Shown here piece by piece: positions 62,183 through 64,000 of a stretch of DNA of 64,000 bases. The stretch covers positions 288,001-352,000 of the forward strand of contig CAWCTR010000014.1 in NCBI GenBank assembly GCA_963798485.1, written 5' to 3'. The notes under the pieces were generated by a model. That model was not told where the DNA came from. It saw only the letters and a program-made list of their open reading frames with translations, and did no database searches. Numbering within the stretch: the stretch's first letter is position 1; each line of letters starts with the position of its first letter. This DNA is from an uncultured delta proteobacterium (GTDB lineage: Bacteria > Desulfobacterota > Desulfomonilia > UBA1062). The position numbers were made by a program, and so were the translations under genes.

Positions 62183-62522
62183 TACCTTGATAAAAAGGCC
62201 ACCTGCCCGAAAGGGTTGATGTCATGTCATCATGGATCTAGAGCCACCATTGGGCTATCATAAAAATGGAAATATTTTTCTCATGAATTAGAAATAATTC
62301 TCCATTCAATAGTTGCGCTTCACTGGAGAGGATTTCAGACAAAAATACAAACATAGTTCAAAAGGAACATCTTTTATAGAGAATTTTTTCGATGATTTCT
62401 TTATACTCACCCCATTCCATCACGGTCAATTCAGCTTTTACCTGTTAAAAACTCCCATAAATGCTTTGGAGATTTCGATCTTTTATTAAAAACATTTTGA
62501 CATGAACCCATGACAAAGATAA

Positions 62523-62538
62523 TGGTGTAAAAATTGCA
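62523..62538 (+). promoter_or_regulatory. sigma54 promoter candidate
   Basis: TGGTGTAAAAATTGCA, GG-N10-GC, 57 bp before ATG 62596. Confidence 0.6.
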
Positions 62539-62595
62539 GTTATATGCATGAAATATACTATCTAAGAACATGCATATATATTCAGGGGGTACTAT

Positions 62596-63462
62596 ATGAA
62601 GGCATGTCTCTGGGGAACTGTCATCTTGTTACTTCTTTCTGCCTGCAGCCAAGACAATATCTTTCAAGGGATCTCTCAAGATTCGAGTCGTGACTCGAAA
62701 ATAGAACAGGCCAGGGTAGACCTTGATAACTCAAATTTTGACCAGGTCATTTCAGACCTCAGTTCAATATATACTACCCAAGCCCTCGTCCCCATCGACC
62801 CCACAGTAGGACAATTGATGGCCTCAGCCTATATGGGCAAGGCCGGAATTGACCTTACCATACTCATTTCCAACTCAACCAGTTCGGGTCTGAAACCCTT
62901 TGATGTCATGGCTTCTATGATCTCTTCATCCAATGTAACAATTAAAAATACAGGTGAATATATAGCCAGCAGCCTCATGCCCAATATCCTTAGCTCTTTA
63001 ACCAGCGCCAAAGAACCGCTACAAATAATGAGAGAACAAGGCACCGCTACCCCTGATGATAAAATTCAGCTCGGGTTTGCCTCAGCAGCAGACTTCATCA
63101 TGTTTATGGGCAATGCGACAAACTTAGTTAATATACCTATTAATACATCTGCTTATACAACAGGCGGCTTGTCCGGGGTCGGACCACGAAATTTTGCCGT
63201 AATAACCACCAGCGGCGGCATACCTTCCTATCAAACAGACCTCATAAATATCAACAATGCCGTCATTGCCTTTTCACAGGCATACCCGAATCCAGCGGAA
63301 ACGGTGAAAACGAATGGATTGTACACTAGCCTGAATGATTTTCTCTACGATATCCTCTCTTCAGCCCTTGGAACTACGTCTGATGAAACCGTTACCGATG
63401 ACCTCATAAAGCAGTGCACATCCGCAGGGTTATACAACTATGCTCAGAGTCTTGCAAAATAG
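62596..63462 (+). CDS. Putative lipoprotein
   Basis: Lipobox LSAC; helical, Ser/Thr-rich. Confidence 0.75.
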   Translation: MKACLWGTVILLLLSACSQDNIFQGISQDSSRDSKIEQARVDLDNSNFDQVISDLSSIYTTQALVPIDPTVGQLMASAYMGKAGIDLTILISNSTSSGLKPFDVMASMISSSNVTIKNTGEYIASSLMPNILSSLTSAKEPLQIMREQGTATPDDKIQLGFASAADFIMFMGNATNLVNIPINTSAYTTGGLSGVGPRNFAVITTSGGIPSYQTDLININNAVIAFSQAYPNPAETVKTNGLYTSLNDFLYDILSSALGTTSDETVTDDLIKQCTSAGLYNYAQSLAK

Positions 63463-63495
63463 AGTTATTAACTATTTGTTATCCGGAGGATAATC

Positions 63496-64000
63496 ATGAA
63501 AAAATGTGTCGCACTCATATATATTCTAATTTTTTTGTTTTCTTCGAATACTTTTGCAACAGAGTTTCCCTATATATACAAGGGCGCAAGACCATTAGGT
63601 ATGGGTGGCGCATTTACGGCACTCTCGGATGACGCCAATGCACTGTTTTACAATCCTGCGGGTCTCGCAAACATCAAAGAACCCGGGGTATCTCTCATAG
63701 ACCTCGAAATAGAAGGTTCTAGGGGGTCGTACAATTTTCAAAAAGATGCCTTGGATGTTGATACGGATAATTTAAAAGAAGTTGCCGGCTTCTTAGGCGA
63801 GCATATAGGGGATTACGGACATATTGGTGCATCCGTCTTCCCCAATTACACTAAGCCCGACTTTGCCTTCGGGCTTATTAGTACGGTAAACTCCAACATC
63901 CAAGTGCAAAACAGACAGAACCCGAATCTATCTGTCGATGCCATAGCTGATGAAGGGATATGTACAGGCTATGCCCAGTCTTTTCTCGATAATAACTTAC
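63496..64000 (+). CDS. TraF-like/FadL-like outer membrane protein; partial, runs off the right edge
   Basis: Translated by hand: MKKCVALIY...GARPLGMGGAFTALSDDANALFYNPAGL; GGAGG RBS. Confidence 0.75.
   Translation, partial: MKKCVALIYILIFLFSSNTFATEFPYIYKGARPLGMGGAFTALSDDANALFYNPAGLANIKEPGVSLIDLEIEGSRGSYNFQKDALDVDTDNLKEVAGFLGEHIGDYGHIGASVFPNYTKPDFAFGLISTVNSNIQVQNRQNPNLSVDAIADEGICTGYAQSFLDNNL

Noticed and set aside
1-64000. tRNA, rRNA or CRISPR arrays
   Set aside because: None recognised by eye; covariance-model searches were not run

Overview
Bacterial window, probably from an anaerobic deltaproteobacterium (inferred from the ETF/Fe-S oxidoreductase operon and PAS-LuxR type). 1-9.5 kb is metabolic: membrane Fe-S oxidoreductase, ferredoxin-fused EtfA, EtfB, AraC regulator, QueG-like Fe-S protein, rfbA, SGNH hydrolase, ADP-forming acyl-CoA ligase alpha and an epimerase. 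9.7-47.2 kb is a glycosylation island with nine paralogous TMTC-like GT-C+TPR membrane proteins (one frameshifted), two other GT-C proteins, two DPM1-like GT2 enzymes (one fused to a methyltransferase), a methyltransferase, a flippase-like protein, gmd/fcl, a duplicated lipoprotein gene, one IS3 element and three IS remnants. 47.2-57.2 kb is a Fil/Fap-like filament operon: three DUF6160-like subunit genes, a C39 peptidase, FapF/FilC-like and FadL/FilD-like barrels, and a beta-propeller protein. It has a sigma54-type promoter and is co-oriented with the TMTC-like run; a fourth subunit paralog lies inside the TMTC array. 57.5-64 kb holds an amber-interrupted outer-membrane protein, a 6xPAS-LuxR regulator, a lipoprotein and a TraF-like barrel. 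The leading hypothesis, not yet tested, is a periplasmic TMTC-type protein O-glycosylation system acting on a sigma54-controlled surface filament. All family calls come from motif recognition, not database searches.
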